Origin: Glycera tridactyla
Taxonomy: Eukaryota
Assembly (NCBI GenBank): GCA_965644265.1
Contig: OZ286473.1
Location: forward strand, 52,266,001 to 52,330,000
Length of the DNA: 64,000 nucleotides
Direction: 5' to 3'
A model generated the notes under the pieces. It saw nothing but the letters and a program-made list of their open reading frames with translations, was not told the DNA's origin and did not search any database. Positions 63,901-64,000 of the stretch are shown one piece after another (the first letter of the stretch is position 1; each line of letters starts with the position of its first letter). The position numbers and the translations under genes were made by a program.

Positions 63901-64000
63901 CAGCTTAGCCAGTCTCTTGTTCCAGACTTCAAAAGACGTCAAAATGGCGACGGGATTTTGTACGAATAACGTTGCCAGTATTTTTCGGTAACGCCAGGGT

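Overview
Eukaryotic, repeat-dense animal genomic scaffold with 12 N-gaps, mostly beside microsatellites. The repeat types suggest a marine invertebrate, but that is inference. No rRNA, true tRNA, CRISPR or prokaryotic features were found. One gene fragment is well supported: two + strand coding exons (7403-7658 and 8895-10402) with canonical, phase-compatible splice sites. They encode at least 588 aa of a disordered protein starting MGNEHS, which fits the N-myristoylation consensus; I cannot name it. The rest is mobile-element relics and tandem repeats. The most striking element is a ~510 bp retroposon with no recognisable tRNA head (family A), present in 12 copies or fragments within the first 45 kb, with target-site duplications (TSDs), 5' truncation and a (CAAA/CAAT)n tail. 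Also present: a tRNA-headed SINE (3 copies), TACAGT-type MITEs, several fold-back elements, a Helentron-associated HINE-like element, decayed Penelope-like, LINE and hAT fragments, a (GCCTCT/GCCCCT)n higher-order array, and three minisatellites (33, 52, 69 bp) of 25-26 units each. Most long ORFs in the track are artefacts of stop-free simple repeats. All alignments and translations were done by eye.
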